Below are positions 17,187 to 30,100 of a DNA stretch of 64,000 nt, one piece after another. Both the position numbers and the translations under genes were made by a program. This stretch comes from a virus (taxonomy: Duplodnaviria; Caudoviricetes). The notes below the pieces were generated by a model. The model worked only from the letters and a program-made list of their open reading frames with translations, was not told the origin of the DNA and made no database searches. The stretch spans positions 901-64,900 of IMG/VR virus record IMGVR_UViG_3300027759_000087, one strand, 5' to 3'. The first letter of the stretch is position 1. Every line of letters begins with the position of its first letter.

Positions 17187-17624
17187 ATGGCATCAACATT
17201 ATACGATAAAATTACATTACCAGCTGTGCCTGTAACGGTTACTCCAATACCGCAAGCGTACAAAGGGTTTAGCACAGTTAACCAGGCATCGCAAGGATAT
17301 GCGCTATACGATTTAGAATTAATCAAACAAGATTTGCTTAATCAATTTCACACCCGCAAAGGTGAGCGTTTAATGAATCCTGCTTTTGGAACAGTCATCT
17401 GGGACAATTTATTTGAACCAATGACAGAAGACCTTAAACAGACTATCGTAGCCAACGTTAATGAAATTATTAATTATGATCCTCGTTTGGTTGCACAAAA
17501 TGTAATAGTGACCACATACGAAAGCGGAATTCAGATCGAGTGTATCTTAAAATACCTGCCCTACAACATCCAACAGAGTATGCAATTACGCTTTGACCAG
17601 ACAAACGGACTAATGTCTACATAA
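17187..17624 (+). CDS. gp25: baseplate wedge / sheath initiator (gp25-like)
   Basis: TRKGERLMNPAFG and YDPRL motifs. Confidence 0.9.
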   Translation: MASTLYDKITLPAVPVTVTPIPQAYKGFSTVNQASQGYALYDLELIKQDLLNQFHTRKGERLMNPAFGTVIWDNLFEPMTEDLKQTIVANVNEIINYDPRLVAQNVIVTTYESGIQIECILKYLPYNIQQSMQLRFDQTNGLMST

Positions 17625-17645
17625 TATACGTACATATTAAAAATC

Positions 17646-17653
17646 AATAAATA
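17646..17653 (+). promoter_or_regulatory. late promoter AATAAATA
   Basis: Intergenic, about 18 nt before the gp6-like ATG. Confidence 0.65.
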
Positions 17654-17671
17654 TTGATAATAGGATAAAAC

Positions 17672-20600
17672 ATGAGCGCAACAGATAGACAAAATAGACT
17701 GCTAGTGGCCAAAGACTGGACTAAGGTATACCAGTCTTTCCGTAATGCAGATTTCCAAAGCTACGACTTTGAAAATATTCGTAGAAGCATGATTGACTAT
17801 CTACGCCAGAATTTTCCAGAAGATTTTAACGATTACATTGAATCCAGCGAATACCTTGCCCTAATTGACCTTATTGCTTACCTGGCCCAAAGCATAGCTT
17901 TCCGTGTTGACTTAAATGCCCGTGAAAACTTCTTAGAGCTAGCAGATAGACGTGATAGCGTATTGCGTCTAGCACGTATGCTTAGTTACAATGCTAAACG
18001 TAACCAAGCTAGTAAAGGTGTTTTAAAATTTACTTCTGTGCAAACTACACAGAACGTATTAGATTCTAATGGTAGAAACTTGTCTAATCAAATTGTTGGT
18101 TGGAACGATAGTTCAAATAACAACTGGTACGATCAATTTATTTCTGTTTTGAACGCGGCCTTTCCTGCCAATCAGCAATTTGGAAACCCATCCGATAGCG
18201 CAACTATCTACAATGTTCCAACAGAACAATACAAATTTAATAGTTCTAACACCGCAGTTCCTGTTTATGGATTTACAAAAACAGTCAACGGTTCCAGAAT
18301 GGAGTTTGAAGTTACTAGTACAACATTTAGCGGTCAGGACTATATCTACGAAGAAACGCCAAAACTTGGCAATCCAATGGCTTGCATTTATAAAAATGAC
18401 GGTCAAGGATCTGCAAGTAATAACACAGGATTTTTCTTTTATTTTACTCAAGGTACGTTGAATAACGGAGCTTTTACAATTTCGCAACCTACTGCAAGTG
18501 AATCGATTGATTTAGACTCTACTAATATTAATGATACAGATGTTTGGTTATATAAAATTGATCAACAAGGAATTGAATCAGAACTATGGACTCCAGTACC
18601 TAATTTAACAGGCAACAACATTATCTATAATAGTCTTAATAAGTCTATTAAAAACATTTATAAAGTAATTACTCGTGCAGGCGATAGAATCAGCTTATCA
18701 TTTAGTGACGGCACATTTGGAACTACCCCACTTGGTACATTTAGTGTTTACTATCGAACTAGTAACGGGTTGTCCTACACCATTAATCCTCAGGATGTAA
18801 GAGGAGTATCTCTTACAATTCCATATATTTCTTCGCTTGGCCAAGCAGAAGAATTAACCATTACACTGGGATTACAATCTAGTGTTGATAATAGTTCGGC
18901 AACAGAAAGCAACGATACTGTTAAAGATAATGCTCCTGCAACATACTATACACAAAATAGAATGATTACTGCGGAAGATTATAATATTAGTCCGCTATCA
19001 GTAAGTCAAGAGATTGCAAAAATTAAAGCAGTTAATCGCAGTGCTAGCGGTATAAGTCGTTATCTTGATTTAATTGATCCAACAGGAAAATATAGTAAAA
19101 CAAACTTATTTGCAGACGACGGAGTATTGTATCAAGAAATTTATACCGTAAACACAACGTTTACGTATGCTAGTAGAACTGATATTCAAGGAATAATTAT
19201 TAATAAAATCTTTGATATTTTAGCTGAGCCTGACTTACGAAATTTTTATTACTCAAAATTTACAAACATTAGTACAACATTGTTAGATATTTCTTGGTAT
19301 AACGTTACTAATGATTTGTCATTTTCTAGCGGCTACCTTGGATCAACAATAGATAAAAAACCATATTTGCTATCAGCATATACAAATACTGCATTAAGAT
19401 ATGTATCAGTAGGATCATTAGTTAAATTTGAAGCACCGCTAGATGCTGACGGCAGTGAACAAGTATTTGATAGAAGTAACGGCAATGCATTAATTAAAAA
19501 AACAGCAATTGCAAAATCTAATACTAGTGATTATATTTGGGCTGAAATTGTAACATTAGCAGGTGACGGCACAGCGGCCGGCACTGGAGTATTATCAGAC
19601 GGGTCAGGAACAGTATCACTAAACGATACAATTCCAACTGGTGCAATTGCAACACGAGTTGTTCCTGTGTGGAAAACAATCATTGGAAGCACTGTAATTA
19701 CTACAATGACTGACCTTATTGCTAATAATACTCCGTTTGGTTTAAGATACGATATCAATACTCAGTCTTGGCAACTTATATTCCAATCTAATTTAGATTC
19801 ATCAGGCCCGTTTAGCTTAGGTAAACAGGGCGATATAAGTAACTTGCAATTAGATGCAAGTTGGTTACTATTGTTTGTTACTGATACAATAACATATACT
19901 GTGTCCACGCGAAAATTACGTTACATTTTTGAAAGTGCGGCCCAACTTAGATTTTACTTTGATAACGATGAGCGTGTTTACGACAACGTTTCAGGCACAT
20001 TATTGACTGATAGTATTAATGTATTAAGTGTCAATACACAACCAGGCCTTGCTATTCCGTTTACATTCGACCAAAAATTTAAAATTACCAATCAGTTTAT
20101 TGGATTAGACGGATATGTTGATACTAAAAAAATTGTACTGACATTCAGCGATAAAGATAATACTGGAATAGTTCAAGACCCAGACACGTTTAATAATATT
20201 GTGGTACCCGCTACAACTTTTAGTTTATCAGCAAATTATATTGTTCTAGAAAAATATACAGTAGAAGCCGGCCAAGACGATTATCGATATGTTACTAATA
20301 ATGATAGTAAAATGATTGTATTGCAAACACAACCTACAAATTTTGCTCAATATAATAACGGACAATATTTTTATTTTATAGATGTGGATACGGTTGCAGT
20401 ATACAATTCAGCTACTTCAGAATTAACTCCAAGCCTAGACTATAAAGTATTTTTAGGCAGAGATAATCTTAAATTTCAATATACACACAATGCTAGTGAT
20501 ACACACCGCATAGACCCCGGCATCAGTAATATTATGGATGTTTATGTTCTTACTAATAGCTATGACTTATTATTTAGACAATGGTTGAACGATGTTATCA

Positions 20601-21154
20601 CATACAAGCCATTGCCTCCAAGCAGTGATGAACTAAACAATACATTTGCTCCAAAATTAAATTTAATTAAAACTATCAGTGATGAAATCATCTATCATCC
20701 TGTAAAGTATAAAGTTTTATTTGGTGCTAAAGCTGAAAAGAATTTACAAGCACAATTTAAAGTAGTTGTTAATAAAACAGTAGTAGTGTCTGATAACGAT
20801 ATAAAAACACAAATTTTATCTGCAATTAATAATTTCTTTGCGTTAGGTAATTGGGACTTTGGAGATACTTTTTATTTTACAGAGATGGCAAGTTATGTCA
20901 CATCTCAAGTAAGTCCCGCAATTGTTAACTTTGTTATAGTTCCAACCGCCAGCTCATTATCATTTGGTGGATTGTTTGAAATTACAGCGGGCCCTGATGA
21001 AATTTTTATTAGCGGAGCAACCATCATCAATATTGATATAGTAACATCTATGACTTCTTCAACTATTAATAGTTTAGGAACTATCACTTTAACATCAAAT
21101 GCTATTGCAGTGCAAGCATTAACAAGCTCAGCTTACGGATCATCTAATGTCTGA
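17672..21154 (+). CDS. gp6: baseplate wedge protein (gp6-like)
   Basis: DFENIR..MIDYL, LIDLIAY, RENFL..A.RRDSVLRLARMLSY, FSDGTFG, TQNRMITAEDY. Confidence 0.88.
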   Translation: MSATDRQNRLLVAKDWTKVYQSFRNADFQSYDFENIRRSMIDYLRQNFPEDFNDYIESSEYLALIDLIAYLAQSIAFRVDLNARENFLELADRRDSVLRLARMLSYNAKRNQASKGVLKFTSVQTTQNVLDSNGRNLSNQIVGWNDSSNNNWYDQFISVLNAAFPANQQFGNPSDSATIYNVPTEQYKFNSSNTAVPVYGFTKTVNGSRMEFEVTSTTFSGQDYIYEETPKLGNPMACIYKNDGQGSASNNTGFFFYFTQGTLNNGAFTISQPTASESIDLDSTNINDTDVWLYKIDQQGIESELWTPVPNLTGNNIIYNSLNKSIKNIYKVITRAGDRISLSFSDGTFGTTPLGTFSVYYRTSNGLSYTINPQDVRGVSLTIPYISSLGQAEELTITLGLQSSVDNSSATESNDTVKDNAPATYYTQNRMITAEDYNISPLSVSQEIAKIKAVNRSASGISRYLDLIDPTGKYSKTNLFADDGVLYQEIYTVNTTFTYASRTDIQGIIINKIFDILAEPDLRNFYYSKFTNISTTLLDISWYNVTNDLSFSSGYLGSTIDKKPYLLSAYTNTALRYVSVGSLVKFEAPLDADGSEQVFDRSNGNALIKKTAIAKSNTSDYIWAEIVTLAGDGTAAGTGVLSDGSGTVSLNDTIPTGAIATRVVPVWKTIIGSTVITTMTDLIANNTPFGLRYDINTQSWQLIFQSNLDSSGPFSLGKQGDISNLQLDASWLLLFVTDTITYTVSTRKLRYIFESAAQLRFYFDNDERVYDNVSGTLLTDSINVLSVNTQPGLAIPFTFDQKFKITNQFIGLDGYVDTKKIVLTFSDKDNTGIVQDPDTFNNIVVPATTFSLSANYIVLEKYTVEAGQDDYRYVTNNDSKMIVLQTQPTNFAQYNNGQYFYFIDVDTVAVYNSATSELTPSLDYKVFLGRDNLKFQYTHNASDTHRIDPGISNIMDVYVLTNSYDLLFRQWLNDVITYKPLPPSSDELNNTFAPKLNLIKTISDEIIYHPVKYKVLFGAKAEKNLQAQFKVVVNKTVVVSDNDIKTQILSAINNFFALGNWDFGDTFYFTEMASYVTSQVSPAIVNFVIVPTASSLSFGGLFEITAGPDEIFISGATIINIDIVTSMTSSTINSLGTITLTSNAIAVQALTSSAYGSSNV

Positions 21155-24100
21155 TAATAAAAACCCAACAGGTTCAAATAATTACTCAATGGTAGATTTG
21201 CTACCAAATTACTATCGCACCGATGCTAATAATAAATTTATCCAAGCAACTGTCGATCAGCTGTCACAAAAAGGCACTGCTAAAAAAATTACTGGCTATA
21301 TTGGCCGTCAAAATGCAAAATCGGCTAATGGGTCTGATGTGTATATTACATCCCCAACTAGTATTCGTCAAACTTATCAGTTAGAGCCGTCTGTAGTTAT
21401 TAACGACAGCACAGGAAATACTACCTTCTTTAAAGATTATCAGGATTATATTAATCAATTAAAAGTATTTGGAAGTAATGTTGCTAATCACGAAAATATT
21501 AATCGCCAGGAATTTTATTCTTGGGATCCCCACATTGAATGGGATAAATTTGTCAACTTTCAAAACTATTACTGGCTTCCTTACGGCCCAGATTTAATTA
21601 CTATTACCGGTCAGAAATTAAATGTTACTAGTACATATACTGTATCTATATCGCAATCTGCTACGTTGCAGAAAGAATATTTGTTTACTCCAAACGGCTT
21701 AGATCGTAATCCTTCTTTAACACTATATCGCGGCCAAACTTATTATTTTGAAATTGATAGTCCTGGGGAACCGTTTAGTATTAAAACTGCTCGTACTCCA
21801 GGCACCTCAGACAGATATACTGATGGAAATTATGTAGATAAGTTTGCAGTTGAATCAGGAATACTTAAATTTACAGTTCCAATTGCTGGCCCAGATAATT
21901 TATATTACATAAGTGAACGCAATGCTGACTTAGGCGGCCTAATTAAATTTTTAGATATTACTGAAAATAGTTATATTAATGTTGAAACAGAGTTGTTAGG
22001 CAAAAAAACATATTCACTTTCTGACGGCACGCCTTTAAGTAACGGAATGAAAGTTGCGTTTAGCGGTAACGTAATTCCTGCACAATATAGTAAGGGAGAA
22101 TATTATGTAGAAGGCGTTGGCACTGCAATTGCATTAGTACCAACTACAGTTCTTGAAATTGTCAGTACATATACTCAAGATAAAGCAGTTAATTTTGATT
22201 CAACACTGTTTGATCAATACCCGTTTGCGGCCGCAACTTCATTTGCTGGAATACCAGATTATATTACTATTAATAAAACTAGCAAGGATCAAAATCCGTG
22301 GAGTAGGTACAATCGTTGGTTTCATACGGATGTTATTACTGCCAGTGCTAAATTTAATAATAAACTAGCAGACTTTGATCAAGCTAGTCGAGCAGTCCGT
22401 CCAATTATTGAATTTGAAGCAAATTTAAAATTATTTAATTTTGGTACAGTTGCAATTGCCGACGTTGATTTAGTCGATGATTACACTACGGATGTGTTTA
22501 GTATCATTGAAGGTTCAGCTGGATATAGCGTTGACGGTATCCAATTAACACAAGGTATGCGTATTGCGTTTATAGCAGATCCAGATATCACTGTAAAGAA
22601 TAAAATTTTTAAAGTTTCTTTTATCAACATTGCAAATTCAGGCATTGGTGTTCCGCAAATACGATTAATATTAGATGAAACACCTACTACTAATTCAAAT
22701 ATGTTAGTAAGACAAGGTGTTAAGTATCAGGGTTATAGTTTTTGGTTCAACGGCTCAAGTTGGATATACGGGCAACAAAAAACAATTGTTAATCAAGCAC
22801 CGTTGTTTGATTTGTTTGACAAGTCGGGGTTAAGTTTTGCTGATTATAGCGGCTCAACGTTTAAAGGTACACAACTGTTTTCTTACAAAGTTGGAAATAC
22901 AATTGCCGATACTGTTTTAGGATTTAGTTTAAGTTATCAAAATATTAATAATATTGGAGATATACTATTTTCTTTTAATTTATTAACTGATTTGTTTAAT
23001 TACAAAGAAAACGAAATTTTAACTACAAAACTTGTTAACACAGGGTTCTTATCTAAGTTAACTTTTGTTAATTCTAGTGTATATGTTAATGGATGGCAAA
23101 CTAGTCTTGTAACCCGTTACCAACCAGCTATTAGAATTTATAAAAATTCTGGACTAACCAACAATTTTGCATTGGATATCTATGATAATAAAACAGATTT
23201 ATTAGATTTAGAAATCCGATTATATGTCAACGGCCGCCGACTTAATAAAGCAGAATGGAAATTATTAGATGCAGTAAATTATAAAAAAATTATATTATCT
23301 AAAGATATTTCTAAAACTGATGTATTGACAATTAAAGCGTTTGCTAAACAGCCAATTAATAATAACGGCTATTATGAAATTCCAATTAATCTACAAAATA
23401 ATCCGTTAAACAACGATATAGGTAACTTTACCTTAGGCGAAGTAACTGACCATGTAAATTCTATTATTGATAATATTCAAGACAGGTATGTAGAAACATC
23501 ACCGGGTGTAAACAATTTAAGCGATTTAGGAAATATTACTCCTTACGGTACAAAATTTGTACAGCATAGCGGCCCTGCAAGTTTAGCACTTTATCATATT
23601 ACAAGTGAACAGAATAATGTTATTCGAGCTTTAGAAAAATCTCGAGACGATTACGGCAAATTTAAACGTAGTTTTTTACTTGCGGCTAAAAATCTAAAAA
23701 CTGATACTGATGTTGTTAGCCAGGTTAATACAATACTTAAAACTTTATCTGCAAATAAAACACAAAAATCGTCGTATTATTTTAGCGATATGGTACCGTT
23801 CACAGGAAAAAAAGTGACGGAATATCTAGTTGTCGATACTAGTAATAAACTATATCCGTTATCAACAACGTTTGATAATACCATTATTTCAAACAAAGCA
23901 GTAAGTGTATACTTTAATGGAACTCAATTATTATACGGCATTAATTATTTTTTTACAGCAGACGGTTATGTAGAACTTAACAATACGGTATCAGTAGTCA
24001 ACGGTGACAAAGTTGTAATCTTTGAATACGACAGTACGGATGGTTGTTTTATTCCTCCAACTCCTACTAAATTAGGCTTGTGGCCAAAATTTACTCCAAA

Positions 24101-27100
24101 GATATATGTGGATAATAGCTATCTAACACCCCAAACTATGATACAAGGGCACGATGGAAGTCAGGTATTGGCATACGGTGACTATCGAGATGCTATTATT
24201 TTAGAATTAGAAAAAAGAATTTATAATAACATACAAACCAAATACGATCCTACAATATTTGATATCTATAATATTATTCCGGGTTACCACAGAACAAGTA
24301 ATTTTACATTAGATGAATTTAATAAATCTTTAGCCTCTGGATTTTATAAATGGGCTGGAATTACTGGAAGAGATTTTTCTAAACAAGTTGGGTTTAACAA
24401 AGCTAATACATTTACATTCAATTATAAAGGAAACACAGCCCCAGACGGAAGAAGCCTACCAGGCTATTGGAGAGGAGTTTATCGTTGGATGTATGACACC
24501 GATAAACCACATTTATTTCCGTGGGAAATGTTAGGTTTCAGTGAAGAACCAACTTGGTGGCAAGCAAAGTATGGCCCAGCACCTTATACTAGTAACAACC
24601 TTGTAATGTGGAAAGATTTAGCCGCAGGCGCAGTTAGCCAACCAGGCATGCCAGTTGTGTATCGACCACAATTTGTTAGACCAACATTATTAAATCATGT
24701 GCCGGTTGACGAAAGTGGAAATTTAATAAGCCCAGCACTTGCCAGATTGTCAAACGGAGTATTTAATGCCGATATTCAAAGTCATTATGTATTTGGAGAT
24801 GTTGCACCTGTTGAATCAGCATGGCGTAGAAGCAGTTACTTTCCTTTTAGTACACTGATAGCTTCTATGATTTTACAACCTGCACAAACTTTAGCAACAG
24901 GTTTAGATATATCTCGTACTGTAAGAAATTTATGTGGACAGTTGGTATACAAAGATACTAATTTAAGAATACGACCGCAAGATATTGCTTTGCCTAGTAT
25001 CTATTCTAGCACCTCTAGAGTTTATACTTCGGGTATTATCAATTATTTGATAGAATCTTTAATCTCAAACAATTATAACTATTACCAAGACTATCAATAT
25101 AATTTAACTAATCTAAATATAAATCTATCTTATAGAATTAGTGGGTTTTCAAGTAAAGAAAACTTTAATTTAATCCTTGATAGTAAAAATCCTGCGGCCA
25201 GTGGCAATGTTTTTGTGCCGCCTGAGAATTATAAACTTGTATACAACAGTTCAAGCCCTATTGGTAAATTATCCTATAGCGGCATTATTGTTTCCAAAGT
25301 TGATACTGGTTACGAAATCAAAGGCTATAGTTCTTCGGAATCATTTTTTAATTACTATTCTTATAGACAAGAACTTGGCCCACAAATTAATGTAGGCGGA
25401 ATCAGTTCAAGTTTTGTAACGTGGACTGCTGGCAAAACGTATGTGCTAGGACAAATTGTTTTATATAGTGGCAAATATTATCGAACACTATATGCTGTTA
25501 CACAAGATACGTTTAATATTAATGCATTTGCAATATTACCGTCACTGCCAATAGCAGGCGGAGTAACTGCAATTTTTAGACAAGCATGGGATACAACTAC
25601 AACTAATGTACTGCCTTATGGTTCTGTATTAGCAGACGTACAACAAGTAGTTGATTTTATATTAGGTTACGGCGCATATTTAAAAAATCAAGGTTTTGTA
25701 TTTGATGATTTTAATAATGCCTTATCTCAAGTTAGTAACTGGGAAACAACAGCTAAAGAATTTATGTTCTGGACCACACAAAAATGGTCTGCCGGACAAA
25801 ATCAATGGGAACAATGGATTCCTAATATTGCAATTGCCTATGGAGACATTGTAAAATATCAAGGAGAATTCTACAAAGCTATACAGAATGTTCCAGCACA
25901 ACAAGTATTCCTTGAAGAGTTTTATTTCAAGTTGGATGGATTAAGCACTGTAGGAAGTCCAGTTATTAGTTTAAGTCCTGCCGCTAATAAATTGACATTT
26001 GTTTCGCCATTGTCAGTCGCAGAAGATATTAATAATCCTTTTAATGATTATGAAATATTTCAAGTAGATGGTACTAGCTTATTACCAATGGATATTAATT
26101 CGTCTAGACAAGGAAACCTTGTGACGTTTTCTCCGGCTAATAACGGCACCATCTATAATGCTAGTTTTTATCTAGTGCAAAAAGAACAAGTTTTAATTTT
26201 AGATAATGCAACGGTGTTTAATGATATTATCTACCATCCAGAAAGCGGATACAGACAAGAGCGTATTAAAGTTTCTGGATTTGTAAGTAGCCAGTGGTTT
26301 GGTGGATTTGAAGTTCCTGGATTTATCTTTGATAGAGCAGATATTGCTCCGTGGAAATCGTGGACTGATTATTCAGCAGGCGATATAGTATACTATCAAG
26401 GTTATTACTATAGTGCCAATGCTTTCTTAGCAGGATTTTCAGAGTTTGATCCTAACAACTGGTCTCAAATTAAGAAACCAGTCCCAACACTATTGCCTAA
26501 TTGGTCATACAAAGCTGGACAATTTGAAGATTTTTACAATTTAACAGAAGATAATTTTGATGTTGGACAACAAAAAATTGCCCAACATTTAGTAGGTTAT
26601 CAAAAACGTCAATATTTAAACAATATTATTCAAGATGATATTAGTGAGTTTCAATTTTATCAAGGAATGATTCGAGAAAAGGGTACACAAAACAGTCTTA
26701 ATAAACTGTTTGATGTATTAAGTGCTGATAACAAAGAAAGCATAACATTCTTTGAAGAATGGGGCATTCGTGTAGGTCAGTACGGCGCAAGTCAGGCATA
26801 CGAAGCAATTGAATTTTTAGTAACGCAACCAGATATAACTAAAAATTCACAAGGGTTCTACTTAACGTTATTACCAGAACGTTCTACAAATTTTAATTTA
26901 AATATTCCTGCTAACAAGGTGTATCTAAAACCGCAAGGGTATGATGCCAATCCGTTCCCAGTTAATAACAAGCAGAAATTTTTCTTAAGATCTAGCGGAC
27001 ATGTACAAGCTAGTACTGATACAGTACAAATTAAATCAATATCTGATTTATCAACACAAGATATTACAAAATTTAAAGATGGTACATATATCTGGGTAGC

Positions 27101-30100
27101 ATTTGAAAAAACAAGTTGGAACATTTACAGATTTACATCTGTAAAATTAATGCCAGTTGATGCAGTTTATAACAATGATAAAACAATTACAATAAAAACG
27201 TCTAATTTTGTAGATCCTAGTATAGTTGGATATTATATTGGAATTCAGCAAGTATCGTTTGCAGGATTTTATAAAGTAGTTGCGGCTGAATTAACAACAC
27301 TAACAATTGATGCATCTAATTTTTCGTCAAACAGCGACTGGCCAACCGCAGATAACATTAAATCTAATTTACAAATTTTTAACCTATATCCGGTAAGAAC
27401 TAATTCAATTAACAATGCAAATAATATTATTAAGGCTTATACAGAATTAGGAGACAAAATTTGGGTCGACGATGACGGCACAGGTAAATGGGCAACCTTA
27501 AAACTAACCTCTGTATTTGCCCAATCAGAAATTAGAAAACCTTACACAGCTCCAGATACTGCCCATGGCCGTATAGTAACATTAAGTGCTAGCGGATTAA
27601 TTGCGGCAGTAGCAACACAATCGGGCGAAGTAATTATCTACGAAAAGCAAGGTAACCGATGGATATTTAGACAAATAATTAATCGTCCGTTTATGTCGCA
27701 ATATGAGTTTGGAGTAGATCCAAACCCAGCTATCACATTTGCCGAAACAATGGCAATGAGTTCAGACGGACAGTTTTTAGCAGTTGGCAGTCCCCAAGCA
27801 GGCAAACTGGCCACACGAGTATTACCTAATGGAAACATTGTCTGTGATAAATCTAGTTTAAACGCATCTACTACACTTACGGGCGCAGTTAGTTTATACC
27901 AAAAAGATGAATTTAATGAATTTATATTACTGTTTACTATTGCTAGTGGTGACAATATATCGGGACAACAATTTGGATCATCGTTAACATTTGGAACAAA
28001 TACGTTGTTTGTTGGTTCAAAAGGCAATACTAATTACGGAACACAAGCAACAGTCTTTGAATTAAGATATATTGTTGGAATTGATAGTAATACAACTACA
28101 ACTAATACAAACGCTGACGGCGAAACAGCCAATGCTATTGTAACAGTAACTTACGATGCTGGTAATGCGTTTTCAACTAGTAATAGTTCGGCAGATGTAT
28201 CATTTGATGGCGGCTCAGCTCTTACAATTGAAAGTACAGCCGACAGATGGGTAATTGTACGCCCAGGTATAAGTATAACCAACGGATCTAGCATTGGCTT
28301 TGGATTATCTTTATCCGTATCAGCAGATAATTCTGTACTGGCAATTGGCGCACCTCTCGGAGGCTCTGTATACATTTATAGATTAAACACTAACAATGTT
28401 TATAGATTATCGCAAACAATTAACGGTCCGACCCAAATAGTAACTGACGCAACTACTGTTGACGGAGTTGTATCATTTAACGCATTAACTTTAAGTGGCG
28501 GATATGGATTTAAAACAGCCGTTAACGAATTTACAAATACACTACTGACAAATTTAAATACTGCCGGCGGCACTGGAACTGGATTAATTGTAGATGGAAC
28601 GTTAGATTCAAACGGAGTAATTCAAAAAGTTAATATTAGAGAACCAGGAAAAAATTATCAAGTTGGTGATACTATCACAATAGTAAATCCTATTGGAAAC
28701 GGTTCTGTATTAAGTTTAGCATGGTCAACAAAAACATACAACGAAGGAATTCAATATAAGACCGGCGATACTGTGACATTAGGCGGTGTTAACTACGTTG
28801 CTATAGCCAATACACCAACTATTGTTGGATCGTTAACATTAATACCAAAAAATCCAGCAACAGAGGCATCATTTTGGTCTGTAATTTCTTTTGCTAATGC
28901 ACTAGTTGGAACTGACATCAGTGTAAGTACAACAACAGGTTCTGGATCAGGATTAAAAATTAAATTAGCAACTGCAACAACATCAGGAGCAGTAGCAGGT
29001 AATATTGTAATTCCAGTTACTACAACTGATAACTTTGCACCAGGGCAATCCGTATTTTCAGCAACCTCACCAACAGCATTTGCGGCCGGCACATACATTA
29101 CACAAATTAATAATGCATCATTTGTATCAACATTATCCGATAATGTTTTAACTGTCACTAGTATTACTGCTGGTAATAATAATGTTGTTGCAAAAATATT
29201 TGGATCTATAATTGGTACTACTCTTACCGCTGAAGAAATTGCCGGCGGCAGAATATTACCGGGAATGGTATTAACAGGAACAGGAGTTCCAGAAAATATT
29301 TTTATTATCAGCGGATCTGGCAATACATGGACTATTAATAATCCTGCTTCTGTTTCTAAAGTACAAATTACAGCAACATTGTACGAAACAATTACTCCAG
29401 GAATGCAACTAATAAATCCTGCGCTTGATACTCCTGCAACGTTTACAGGAGCAATCTCTACCAAAGGAACAGCAACTTTAACTGGCGCAGTTACTACTGT
29501 GATTGGTGGAGTATCATCTTTATATAATGCTACAATTAGCGGTACTACACTAAAATTTGATACTGTTACCGGCGGTGACCCTGTTGTTCCAGGAATGACA
29601 TTGACAGGGACAGGTGTTACTGCTGGAACAAAATTATTATATGGAAGCGGAACAACTTGGATAGTTAATACTAGTCAAACTGTTGCATCTCCGGTTACCA
29701 TCACAGCCACATTAACTACAGCATCAATTGACGGTTACAACTTAACATTTTCAAAATTTACCGGCGCATCTTTGCAACCCGGTGCAATATTAACCGGCGG
29801 CAGTGTGGTTGCCGGTACAAAAATAGTAGGCGGCTCTGGAACTTCGTGGACTGTTGATATTAATCAAACAGCAACTTGTACTACTGCTACCCTTCCTTAC
29901 GGATCGATTAATGGAAATACATTAACATTTACTGCTAAAACAGGCGCAGATATTGAAATTGGAATGGCAGTATCTGGGTTAACAACTGTGCCAGGCACAT
30001 TTATAACAGGCGGTTCAGGCACTACTTGGACTGTTAATATTAATCAATCAACTATTTGTAGCCAAGTTACATTGCAAGCGTTCTTAATTGATGCACAAAT